Assembly: GCF_006345805.1 (NCBI RefSeq)
Contig: NC_042997.1
Location: forward strand, 95,728,001 to 95,792,000
DNA length: 64,000 bases
Reading direction: 5' to 3'
DNA from: Octopus sinensis
Lineage: Eukaryota
This document shows, in pieces, positions 24,845 to 37,050 of the stretch. The notes under the pieces are model-generated. The model was not told the origin of the DNA. It worked only from the letters and a program-made list of their open reading frames with translations, and searched no databases. Within the stretch, counting starts at the first letter, position 1, and every line of letters starts with the position of its first letter. The translations under genes were made by a program, and so were the position numbers.

Positions 24845-25608
24845 CATATATATATATATATATATAATTTAACACAATATATCTGATTAATAATATCTGT
24901 TGTGATTGTGCGGTGGTGGTGGGCGATAACAATTCAGCGTTCTAAAAGATCTGTGGGGGGAATATTTAAACATTTTCGGCTGTCAACGCTTTCTCTCTAT
25001 AGATACAGACAGATGTACAGTGAGAGAAGTGGTGGTGGAAGAAAGAGTGACAGAGACACGGCAAAGGCGGAGAGGGAATGAGAGTGGAAGGTGTCAAACG
25101 TATTTATAGAGAGATCGTGGAGGGAAGGAAGGAAAGAGAGAGATCGAGGAAGACAAGGTGATATCTGAAAGGGAGAGAAACGATATCTGAAAGTGAGACA
25201 AACACTCGTCAAAGTCTGGGTTTTGTTGCCCTAATAACCACAGCTTTTGAGATAGGGATTTCTAACCTAGTTCAGTCGCTTCCTCGTCTCTTTTTACATG
25301 TCTCTGTAAATTTTGGAGCCAATCCGACTCCATCTACCGTCCCTTAAACCGTTCTCATCCCAAAATGAGACAAACAAATTTTTCGCATTTCAGCTTTATA
25401 GATATTGATTAAATTTTCTCGATTTAATTTGTGTACGGGCTTAATTATTCTGTAGCATGAGATTGGGGCTTTTAATTGTAAATGAGTAGCCCTTTGTATG
25501 AGTACGTTAATTCAATCTGTCCATATGCTAGTTAAGAATGTGTATATAAGGTTCAATGTACAGCAAAGTGCATTCTTACATGTGACTATGCGTGTATGAT
25601 TTTGCTTG

Positions 25609-26487
25609 TACGAGGTGAATTCAAAAGGTATTCGAGCTTAATTTTCCCGCCAAAACTAATGACGCGCGGGTGAAATACTTAGAATAGGGGGTGACGTCAC
25701 CATTTTTGTTTAAGCGAAAAAGTTTTAGCGCCGGTAGGCCACGTCGATTTCCGGCTGATACACCTAGAGTGCATACATGTAGTACACGCTCGTCGGATTT
25801 CCGTTTTCACCAAACACAACGAGCAGAGGTATTGAAAAAGTTTAGTGATACTCAAGCTCAAACCTTCCAGACTATTCAGCCGCCATTTCGCGAAGATTTC
25901 ATGGACAAAACTTAGATCAATGAGTGGTACAACTACTTCAAACATGGCCGCACTTCACTGGAGAGAAAGGTACACTCAGTCAAGTAATCCACTAATCGAA
26001 AGGAGAAGCCTATTTAGAAGGTTCGGTAAACAGTCATGGACGACCGTCGGATAACAATCCTGGAAATTGCTCGCTACTTTGGAATAAGTACAGGAGCAAT
26101 GCATTCCTTTTAAAACGGGTGATTTCGGCATGCGGTGAGTGTCGGCGAAATTTGTCACCAAGGTGTTGAGAAGAAGGTAGCAGAAGTAACTTTCTGTGGA
26201 AATCACTAAGAACTTGGAAACTGGAACCCGTCATCAATGGTAATGAAAAATCAGTTTATGCTCTGTGCTCGAAACGTTAGGTCATCTTGCATGAAAACGA
26301 GAATCCGACGCCCGCACACTACACGTCTGTACTCCAGACGTAACACACACGAAATTACGAGGCCTACCGGTGCAAAAACTTTCTCGGATGCGCAGAGACG
26401 GTGGACCACCTCTCACCCAAAGGATTTTTAAAAGGGACATCAGTTGTGGCGGGAAAAAATAAAGACGAATACATTTTTATGCATACG
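25609..26487 (+). mobile_element. Internally deleted Tc1/mariner remnant
   Basis: Degenerate TIRs (TATTCG..TTTTCCCGCC at the left and its reverse complement at 26445-26470). N-terminal HTH-like QRAEV..KF..(E)TFQTIQ..F.ED.M..T.I.EWYNYFKHGRTSLE across frameshifts. Confidence 0.75.
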
Positions 26488-27068
26488 TTTTTCTATATAT
26501 ATTAAGTATGCTAAAACATTCTGGTGTATCGACACGTAACTTATTTTAACATCTACTATTTATCGTTAATATATTTTTGATGAATTCGTGATTTAATATG
26601 TCCAAACTGGACGTTTCCGATCAACTTGGTCTATTTAATAATTTTATCAGATTTCCTGTTAGTTGCTATTGCTAGAGTTCTTATTCATTTTTATATATAC
26701 TTTTTCTCATTTCCTATTGCTATATTTTGCGTAAGATAATTTACTCTGACCTTGTGCTTTGCCATTTGTTGCAATATTATTTTTACTTGAACATAATTTT
26801 CATATACGTAAGGATAGCATTAAAAACTTATATTTCGATTAACTCTTGATGGTGAAACGATTATTTGATAACATAGAATTATTGGAAAACGAGTACAAGT
26901 AAACGTTTTGTAATTTCAAATACTTGTTTTTCTATGCATTAAATTTTACATATATAAATACACACAAGTTGTAAACACATACACACGTATATACTTACAT
27001 ATGCATATAAATATATATATATATATATATGTGTATGTGTGTGTGTTTGTTTGTATGTATATATGCAC

Positions 27069-27125
<57 letters not shown>

Positions 27126-27134
27126 TGTGTGTAT

Positions 27135-27352
27135 GAAGGCGGTGAGCACGCCGGGCGAAATGCGAAGCCGTATTTCGTCAGCCGTTACGTTCTGAGTTCA
27201 AATTCCGCCAAGGTTGACTTTGCCTTTCATCGTTTCGGGGTCGATAAATTAAGTACCAGTTACGCACTGGTGTCGATAGAATCGACTTAATCCGTTTGTC
27301 TGTCCTTGTTTGTCCCCTCTGTGTTTTGCCCCTTGTGGGTAGTAAAGAAATA
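27135..27352 (+). mobile_element. SINE, family B
   Basis: Box B GAGTTCAAATTCC; homologous to 18361-18589. Confidence 0.9.
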
Positions 27353-27700
<348 letters not shown>

Positions 27701-27702
<2 letters not shown>

Positions 27703-28165
27703 TTAATAGTAATGGTAAAACAACAAAAGAATGAATGAGACCTCGATATTATCTAAATAGAGGAATTTCGGTTGCCATAATAAGACTCCGAGTTTCGGAC
27801 GTCAGGGCGGAAAACTGCTCCAGCATCTCGTCGGTTACCGAGGCAATAAAAAATGCTATGAAAATGACCGTTAAAGAAAGGGAAATTACTATGTAATTGA
27901 CCGTTATTAAAGACAAAAGTGCTATTAGAATGACCGTTAATAAGGAAGGAACTGAAAGGGAGAAAGTAAACAAATAAGGAAGTAAAAATGCTCATAGAAA
28001 GTGCGCATGTTTTCCATCCCGACATTCGAAACTCGGATTCTTATTATGGCAACCGAATAATTGTCACATACTATATTACAGATAAATTCCTCTATTTGCA
28101 TAATATTGAGGTCTCATTCATTCTTTTGTTGTCTTACCATTACTATTAATAAATTACGTCCCGTA
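27701..28165. mobile_element. MITE with long terminal inverted repeats
   Basis: 27701-27815 is about the reverse complement of 28008-28150; the right arm carries about 28 extra bp. Ends ..TTACGTCCCGTA. Three internal TGACCGTTA motifs. Confidence 0.75.
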
Positions 28166-28255
28166 AACTGCTATCTTGCCGTAAAAGCTAATACAGCATA
28201 TTTTGAAAAATCGCCATAAATCGGTTGAGGACTCTTCCCCGCAGAAGAATTCAGC

Positions 28256-29985
28256 ATGGACGTCTACAATATCGATTATTCTGTGAAAAACATACCTATA
28301 CCATCCAGGGAACTATACTCCAAGAAACTATTGGAGAAAATTACAGACCATATTAAGCGTGTGATGGAAAGCTTTTTTTTACAACATGGAAGAGGACACT
28401 ACAGAGAACATATTCTATGGAATTAAATCAAAGAAATTCTCTCCAAAAATCAAAGGCTTGGAAGACTTTGAACCAGACTTACTGAAGCTCATAGACAAAA
28501 TAAAATTTCGTAAGTCTTTCAACACTTTCCAACAGAAATTGAAACAAGATATCAAAGAGTTCCAAAAAAAAAGTGGCACTTTCTTCTGATAAAACCAAAA
28601 GCTTGTACCTTGTAGATAGCAGCACATATTCACGACTCCTACACAACAGCATCATTAATAATTACACCAAAGCTAGACCTCAAATTAATTACGAAATTAA
28701 TAAAGAAGCTAGCATTATCACCGCCAGACTTAAATTAGATTTTAAAAAAGAGAGGTAAAAAAAGAGGCCTTTATCAAGGACCATAAAAAGAGCTTCATAT
28801 CTAACCTTAAATGTAGGCTTATTAACCTAGCTAAATCAGAAAGTGGTATTATTAGTAAAGAAATTTTAGGAAAAATCAATACGAAAGTCAAGAATGCTAC
28901 TAGGTTAGTACAATGGTCCAATAGTAAAGGCGCAGGAGTGGCTATGTGGTAAGTAGCTTATCTACCAACCACATGGTTCTGTGTGGTACCTTGGGCAAGT
29001 GTCTTCTACTATAGCCTCGGGCCGACCAAAGCTTTGTGAGTGGATTTGGTTGAGGGAAACTGAAAGAAGCCCGTCGTGTATATGTATATATGTATATATA
29101 TGTATATATATATATGTGTGTGTGTGTGTATGTGTGTGTGTGTATACATGTTTGTGTGTCTGTGTTTGTCCCCCAACATCGCTTGACAACCGATGGTGGT
29201 GTGTTTACGTCCACGTAACTAAGCGGTTCGGCAAAAGAGACTGATAGAATAAGTACTAGGCTTACAAAGAATAAGTTCTTGGGGTCGATTTGCTCGACTG
29301 AAGGTGCTGCTCCAGCATGACCGCAGTCAAATGACTGAAATAAGTAAAAGAGTAAAGAGTAAGTCGTTGACTGGTTTAAAGCCATTAGGAATAAGAATAA
29401 AGCGAGATTCGATATTGTCGATTTCTATGCCTCTATCTGTAAGGAACTGCTAGATAAAGCCCTCACCTTCGCAAGCAAATTTATAGAAATTAGTACACAA
29501 GATAATGATATAATCTTCCATGCTAGAAAGACTTTACTCTTCAGTGAGAACGCAGAGTGGGTCAAGACTACCGATACAGAGGGTGCTTTCGATGTGAGCA
29601 TGTAGTCGTAAGAAGACCAGGTATATGCGATCTTATTGGACTATTCCTAATCGATACGTTGGGCAAGACTTTTCCTGAAGAATATTTCGCCATTTACAAA
29701 GATGATGCCCTAGCTTTAAGCACAAATACCAATAGACCAGCAAAAGTTCGGTTTAGGAAGGGCATTATCCAATTGATAAAAACTTTCGGTCTTAAATATA
29801 GATACAAACCTTATAGGAAGCCCAACGATAGACTTAATGTAGGTTCCTGCCATCCCCCCATAGTGTTTGAAAATTTAGTTAAAAACATTAGCAAAAGAAT
29901 TTCTAGCCTCTCCACCGATATGGTGATTTTGAATAGCGTTGTTCCAGTATAAAGTAATGCTCTAAAGGAATTGCAGCTGGTGATC
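28256..29985 (+). pseudogene. PLE (Naiad-like) reverse transcriptase ORF remnant, from its apparent start codon, interrupted by a SINE
   Basis: MDVYNIDYSVKNIPIP..KAFF; SDKTKSLY; KCRLINLAKSE; FDIVDFYASI; ICDLIGLFL; IYKDDAL; HPPIVFENLVKNISKRISSLS. Multiple frameshifts and stops. Confidence 0.85.
28929..29362 (+). mobile_element. SINE, family A, nested in the PLE ORF
   Basis: Full head, body and tail. The PLE frame resumes (WSNS|VVDWF) on either side. Confidence 0.92.
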
Positions 29986-30159
29986 GAGAGGGTTGGCACA
30001 AGACCGCGATGGATGGAGGAAGATAGTGCATGAGAGATGTTTATGGTTTGAGAGAAAGAGAGTAAAGTGTGAGTGAATTAGCAGGGGCTTTAGAAGGGGG
30101 AACCTGTAGAAAGTGAGTGAGTGTTGCTTTTTATATGTGTGGTTTTTGTGAGTTTTTAG

Positions 30160-31200
30160 CCTAAAAACTTGAAAAAATTACTAACAAAGGCAAAATTTGA
30201 CCTTAGCAACAAAGACCAAACATTCACTGTATCTAAATATAATAACAGCCGTTGTGGTACATGCCAATTCATACATACCGGCCAATATAAACACAAAAAC
30301 CGGGAAAATATTCACAAACGCGAATATGAACTGCAAAAGCAGAAATTTAATTTACTGCATCAAATGCCCAAATTGTGAAGAAGTATATGTAGGTCAGACG
30401 GGAAATGCACTATCAGAACGCTCACGGGTACACCGACAACAGATTAGAGACCCAGAGGTCCGTTAGATACCTTTGAGTAACCACCTAGCAACATGTGGTC
30501 GGAAAATATATATAATATTTCCATTCTACAAATTACACAGCCCAAGTGAAATCGAGAGGAAACTCAGAGAAAAGAATTTTATTGATAAATTCGAACCCAA
30601 GCTAAATAAGCAATAATAATAATACTTCTACTGCTACGACCATGACCACTAACAACAACAACAATATTAAAAGTGATCAAGATGAAGATAACTGGAAAAA
30701 TATCTCATTTAGGCTTAAAAGTTCTATGGCCACCACCATCACCCCTAGGAACAATAATTGTGGTGCTGACAATGATGATGATGACAATTGAAATATAAAA
30801 ATCCCTGACAAAGGCTATTTACAACATTTCTAAAAATAGCCCAGCAATTGCTGCCTCGGCCAGGGTTAAGATACAGGACTCTTGACATGTTCAACAAAGC
30901 GTAACGCCTAAACCAACCAATCAGCTTAAGTAATTGAGTGCTGCTACACACTGATTGAATACAGTTTGCAAAACCTAGCAATCTGGAGCCCACACAGGTG
31001 TATTTAAGGCACAGATTTAACCATCTCCCTACAGTAAAAAATTATGAAGCATGACTGTCACCACTACTACATGAACCTGAAGATTGCAGAATTTAATGCA
31101 TGAAAGTACTAGTTCAATCAGAATGAACATTTAACATTCTACTATTTTATTTTATTCTATTATTTTATCTTATATTATATCATTATAAGATTGAAAATAA
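30160..31200 (+). mobile_element. PLE 3' end: Cys-rich linker, GIY-YIG endonuclease and pLTR
   Basis: SRCGTC..NCKSRNLIYCIKCPNCEEVYVGQTGNALSERSRVHRQQIRDPE..FIDKFEPKLNK, followed by HHR motifs at 30802 and 31072. Confidence 0.88.
31072..31116 (+). ncRNA. Hammerhead ribozyme
   Basis: TGAAC-CTGAAGA-T-TGCA-GAATTTAA-TGCA-T-GAAA-GTAC-TA-GTTCA; AGTACT palindrome, CUA triplet. Confidence 0.85.
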
Positions 31201-31246
31201 AACGTGAAAATCAGACAAGGTTGGAATTCTTTTTATCATATATATA

Positions 31247-31317
<71 letters not shown>

Positions 31318-32394
31318 TAGAGAGAGAGAAAGAGGGGGTTCCAGAGCGGGAGTGAGACGGAGTGAGAAAGAAGTAGAAAATTTTTATGAATACTAATATT
31401 TTAAAGTAAGTTCTAAACAAATCAAAATGCTTTCATTTTGGTGGCCGGTCACAATTTAAAAACCAAAAGAGAACATCTGTGTGTGTATGTGTGTGTGTGT
31501 TAGTATGTGTGCTTGGATGTGTGTGTTCGCGCGCGTTTGTATACATATATGTACATATATGAAAGTATGTATGTATCTATGTATATATGTACGTATGTAT
31601 GCATGTATGTATATGTGTGTACGTATGCATGCATGTAAAACATGAACGTTAGTTTTCATTAATATATTCGTCCAGTTTATCTAACAAACTGTTGGGTCTC
31701 AAAATATTTTGACAGACTCTTTTAAACTGATTTCCCCATACACTTTGAACTATGTTGATCAGAATAAGTACTATTCGAATATATAGGAGTCTTTTTTTTA
31801 TATCTCCTTTGTATAAGGTCGATGTAATTATTGGATTATTGTCATATAGTGGAGAAAAGGAAAAAAACTGAGAAAATTGTCAAAATACGTGGAAAAAACA
31901 AAGCAGAATTAAATGAGGAAGTAAATAAGGAAGTTGAATATCTGTGACACATGACTTGATGTGAGAGATAGCTGAGTAATACGCGTAGTTGCATAGAAAC
32001 AGGATTCTTACTGTGCCAGATAAAACAATGGTATAATGAAGACTGGTAGGATGTTTGAAAATGTTACCATGCAAATATATATTACTACAAATTCGAGACC
32101 AACAAATTTCAAGTTCTTAAATTATGTTATACTGGAGAGCTCAGAGGAAAGGCGAAATGGCGCTATCTATAACTACTGCCACTACAGGAATATCTAATTA
32201 GTTGATTTATGCAAATATAGAAACATTTCAAGCTTATTCATTCATTTGAATAAGACGTCTTAAGATTAGAAAAAGAGTCAAAATATAAAACTAGAATCGG
32301 TTGTCTCCCCTTAAGGAGAATATTCACTCTTTCCGTTATCTCATAGTAATTTCTCTCTCTCTCTCTCTCTGTTTCTCTTTCTCTCTCTCTCCCA

Positions 32395-32425
<31 letters not shown>

Positions 32426-33025
32426 CTTCAATCGGTAAATTATGCTATAAATATACGTTAAAAAAAGTCGCGCCAGCTGCTTCAATATCTGAATTTTGGC
32501 AATAATGTTCAATGTGTAATATATCAGGACGCCATAGGTCGCTAAAATATGAACAGAAACAGGTTGGGCAACAAAACAATTGGTATATATATCACTTTAT
32601 GTTTCTGTGGATTAAACTGCTAGGAAGATTTGGACTTCAAATATACTAAAAGAGGTTTTGATACTAAGGGACATAACACTTAATTTAATCACTTATACGT
32701 TTTGTTTCATCATCTTTGTTCACAGCAACCGCAAGCCGGATATGTCTATTTACCTCCAATAAGAGAGAACAGTCGCCCTATTTCATTACGTATCGGCTAC
32801 CTCTGAGAAGCGTAGGGTTACATAATCGGATTGTTACCTCACACTCCGTTGAATCCCGAGTGCAAATCCGATTGGTAAGATCTGCCGTAGTGGATATATA
32901 ATACTGTAATCTTCGGATAATAAACTCAATCTAGCGACAGATATACAAGTGCATTTATTCCTGACTTATGGACTCGTAGACAACTTATTTACGCGCGCAC
33001 ACACACACACATACACACACACACA

Positions 33026-33072
<47 letters not shown>

Positions 33073-33949
33073 ACATGTACATATATATATATGCATGAAT
33101 ATGTATGTATACATGTACATATATATATATATATTGTATTGGATAAATTCATACATCAAACACTTTGTCAGCGATAGTGTCATGTAAATTTGTATTAATT
33201 TATATTTAACGTGCATCAGATAAGTGCATAACATCAATAAGCAGCCTGCAGCTGAAACCAACCAGATGTCTTAACTCTGAGGATTATCTAACTCTTGTCT
33301 GTCAATACTTGTATTGCTACTTATTGGATTCTTCTGTTCCTAGGTCGTCAGAATACAGACTGCACGCTATCAAAATTCATTGACAGGCTGTTTTCGCACG
33401 TTGCTATTGATAACAATATCTGCAGAGTTAGATGATTTTAAACTATAAGCGCCAAATTATTTAGAACTTCCTTGGAATCAAGTTAACGTCTCTGTTAGGA
33501 TAAATTGTCTCAGCTAGGTCACAATAACCTATTGTATTATTTATCCATTATATTCCGACCGTATACAACAGAAGCTGCTGTCATTTAGTGGATCGATTAA
33601 GTATTAGTATTTTGGATATTCCTTCTTGCTCCAGTATAGTTTAAAATGAAATTATTGTTTTCGAAACACTCATTGACTGAAGTGCGATCTTTTTTCTCAC
33701 TTTATGGATGATGCGTTGTTATAGTGGATGAGTTAGCTTATTGTTGCTTATTTAGTTCTAATCCATCGTTATATAAGTGCACACAGAGCTGAACATTGTT
33801 CCGGAGGGACATCTGTCAATACATTCAATAGTGAATAGATTAAGCTTAGCCAACAATAGTCAAATATCATAGATCAGTTATCAGTAGTCTGACTATCTGG
33901 TTTTCTCATTGTCATCAGTGAATATATCATTTTTATGTTATAGACTGCG

Positions 33950-34067
33950 AAAGCGGTCAGCTCGTAGAATCGTAACTGCGCCGTACAAAACTGTTAAGCG
34001 GTATTTCTTCTACCTTTACGTTTTGAGTTCAAATGAGCCGCGGTCGACTTTGCCTTTCATCCTAACG
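33950..34067 (+). mobile_element. SINE family B fragment
   Basis: TTGAGTTCAAATGAGCCGCGGTCGACTTTGCCTTTCATCC. Confidence 0.75.
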
Positions 34068-34149
34068 ATATATATTGCTTAAATATGACACACATATGTC
34101 GATTATATTTTAATATTGTTTCAACATTGTACACCGAATATATACATAC

Positions 34150-34279
34150 TCACAAATACGTATGGCCCATGACACTGCATGAACCGTAGGACATGTGTAG
34201 AAATTGAATGAAACCGTTTGGGTAGTTCTCGAGTTTTAGGGATTCACACAGACAGACAAACACATTCTCATCTTTATAT

Positions 34280-34285
<6 letters not shown>
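34150..34285 (-). mobile_element. HINE/DINE-1-like element end
   Basis: Reverse strand reads ATATATAAAGATGAGAATGTGTTTGTCTGTCTG..AAAACTCGAGAACTAC..CGGTTTCATTCAATTT (recalled HINE pattern). Confidence 0.4.
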
Positions 34286-34370
<85 letters not shown>

Positions 34371-34469
34371 TGTGTGTATGTATGTATGCGTGTGTATATA
34401 TGTATGTGTGAATATGTGTATGCATGTATGCATGTATGTATATGTGTGTGAGTGTTTGTGTGTATGTTT

Positions 34470-34615
34470 GACCCCAAGGTGCTTCATAACAAGAGTACGA
34501 ACCCGTAATTTAGCAGTTCAGCAAAAGACATGATAGAATAACTACTAGGTTTAAAGAAATATATACTGGGGGTAGTGGACTTTTCGTACGTCTAAAGCCC
34601 ACGACGGTGCACCAC
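34470..34615 (+). mobile_element. SINE family A 3' fragment
   Basis: CCCGTAATTTAGCAGTTCAGCAAAAGA..GATAGAATAACTACTAGG aligns to the family A body. Confidence 0.7.
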
Positions 34616-34999
34616 TATTTATATACCGTTATCGTAACTGATCTACTTGTTTGTCGATGAAATCAATTTTTGAAATGACTATCAGTGCAAGACCACCTCG
34701 AAAGTGGATATCAGAGAAACGCATCAGTGAGCCTTACTTGACAGTTTAGTTCAAATTGAATGTTTCATAAACAAAAGCATAAAAAATTCATTGTTCATAG
34801 TTCATAGTTAGATGATTGTTTTAGCACTATCAATAGTGTGAACATAATCCACTCTGGATGACATTCACGCCATATATTTTTTATTTCAGGCTTATAACAC
34901 TGACTTTCTGCAGGTCAATATTGCAACCAAAGTTATAAAATGCTAAACAGCAATAAAACCATGAGACCATTCTTGAAATACCTTCGCACATATAAAACG

Positions 35000-37050
35000 C
35001 TTAAAAACAAAATTACAGTCGTATCTTTGCATATGCTAGAGGAGCTTGTGTACGGTACACCTACGTATAGGTGTACTTAGCAAACTGAGATATTTCTCTA
35101 AGTGACATAGATGAAAGTGTAGATATCAAGAAAAGTTAAAACACAAATTGTACAAAGGAATACGGCGTTTTTCTTAACTTGCGGTATTAGAAAGTGTTCA
35201 CCCAAGCAATATTATAGCCATGATAAATTCTGCCGATTCAAAATACATCGTGGTACAAAGTATGATGCACTACACGATTTTTCTGGAGGTTAAATACAGC
35301 TTTAGATATTTGTCCCTTTTTAAAGCTACAAATGGTGAGGTGTACCAACAAATGTTTGTTTTCATCTTTAATATATATACTGATTCGATTAATCCCTAGC
35401 AAAAGAAAAACTATAAAATTAGTTTGAATCTTAAACCTTTTTATCTTAAGAGAAGACAAAACACAGATAAGTGGGCTAAATAAACAACGTTGGCCTCAAA
35501 CCTGAGACTGCATGCAAAACGTGCCCCATATTATGTTGAACAGTACTCGAAATATAATGTCTAATTAAAATTGATACGATATGAAAGTTTTGATGCAGGT
35601 GTAGTCTTTAAAATAGAGAAAAAAACAGTTATTCTCTGCCCAGGAAAATATATCCAAAATATACAGTTTGTAGCAAATGCTTATAAAGCTGCGTAATGCA
35701 TATTAACTCAGATATACAATTTTTATCCTGTTTCTGAACTGGAAAATTTGGCTTGGTGAACAAATTGCAAAGAGTCTATGTGTACGGATATGAATAAACT
35801 ATAAGACACTTGGATAACTGAAGTTGAATTTATCATAAAAGAATCTTTTGAGTATTTGCTTTTCAAGATAGGATACTGAAGTTGGTATATTCTAACAAAT
35901 TACAACTGTTAAGCAATTCTAGGGGAAAATGAGATATTTGGAACAATGGTTTGAAACCATTGAAATATTTTGTTGATGTTTACCTTTAATAGAAATTGTT
36001 GATAGCACATGCTAAGAGTGTTATTTGGAAACGTTCCTGCATTGGATCGAAGCTAATCCCATTGCGAATTCAATTTACAAGTTCAAGTTTCTCACCACTT
36101 TTATGTGTGAACATCCTTTTCGAAGTCAATCTTTATAAGCTAACTACTTTATGATAAGGAAACTAACTTAAATTCAGTTACAAAACAAATCCCAGTGATG
36201 AGAAATGGCAACAATTTTTGAGATATGTTTATGAAACTTTGATAATTTCGGTTTGGTCATTTTTTCTCTAAATAAACACACGCACTATATATTTGTTCTT
36301 CATTCGTTTATTACTGTTCATTTTTTATTTTAACTAATGTCCATTGTCCGGAAATCTTTCGACACATCTGTGACCTCTTCAGTGACACTATTCGTCTTCG
36401 TGTGTGCTCTTTCTCCAAATACTCTATTTTCTGAGATTGCAAACGTGTTAAAGGTTGTACCAAATGTTGGGACAAAATCGTGAAAGGAGGGTAAGAAATA
36501 ACAGTTAAGAAGAGACATCTGAAAATTGAAAGCAGAAGTTCGAAAGAAATTTCTTTAATGTCTTTTTTATACATATGCATTTTCTTGAATGCAACAGTAA
36601 GAAAACGCAGTTCTCTATTTGATTTCCAGAATGCTATTTGCAAGTTTGTAGAAAATATCTATTGAAAACGTACGTAAGAGTTGAAAATTTGGAAATGACA
36701 TTGATAAATAGCTTAAACAAAGATTATAGATGCTGAAAATTTCTAGGGTGAACTTATAACTATAGATCAAAGGTTTCTGAAGTCTTTACAGCTATAACGA
36801 ATACTCCATGTAATTTTAAAGCACAGCTGGTTAAGTCTAAAGCTTCTTTTCCTCTAAGTATTTTCTTTCATTGTCAGCATTAGAAACAATCGCTGAACAT
36901 AGTTTATCAAAGCTAAACATTGGAAGAAACAATTTATTCTGTGCAATATTGCGAAAGAGACTTGTTGTCTTGGTAACTATATCATTTAAACAAATTCATT
37001 CATCACTATTGATCTGATTAAATTGGAGACAAAATTTATAATCAGTTATG
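35000..37050 (+). pseudogene. Decayed hAT-family transposase, interrupted by a PLE pLTR
   Basis: 36862-36993 reads FLSLSALETIAEHSLSKLNIGRNNLFCAILRKRLVVLVTISFK, matching the hAT dimerization motif (ERSFSKLK.IKNYLRSTM.QERL..LA.LSIE). RGTKYDA at about 35258 resembles RGQ.YDGA. Confidence 0.5.
36346..36386 (-). ncRNA. Hammerhead ribozyme, family F (canonical core, eroded stems)
   Basis: GTCA-CTGAAGA-G-GTCAC-AGAT-GTGTC-GAAA-GATT-TC-CGGAC, inside pLTR 36243-36420 homologous to 2395-2560. Confidence 0.6.

Noticed and set aside
35335-35360. TFVGTP (- strand) as a kinase activation loop
   Set aside because: Stops on both sides, and it lies within the hAT remnant.
36311-36643. Acceptor at 36519 with two open frames, as a host exon
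   Set aside because: It overlaps the family F pLTR/HHR and the hAT remnant, so it is better explained as repeat sequence.
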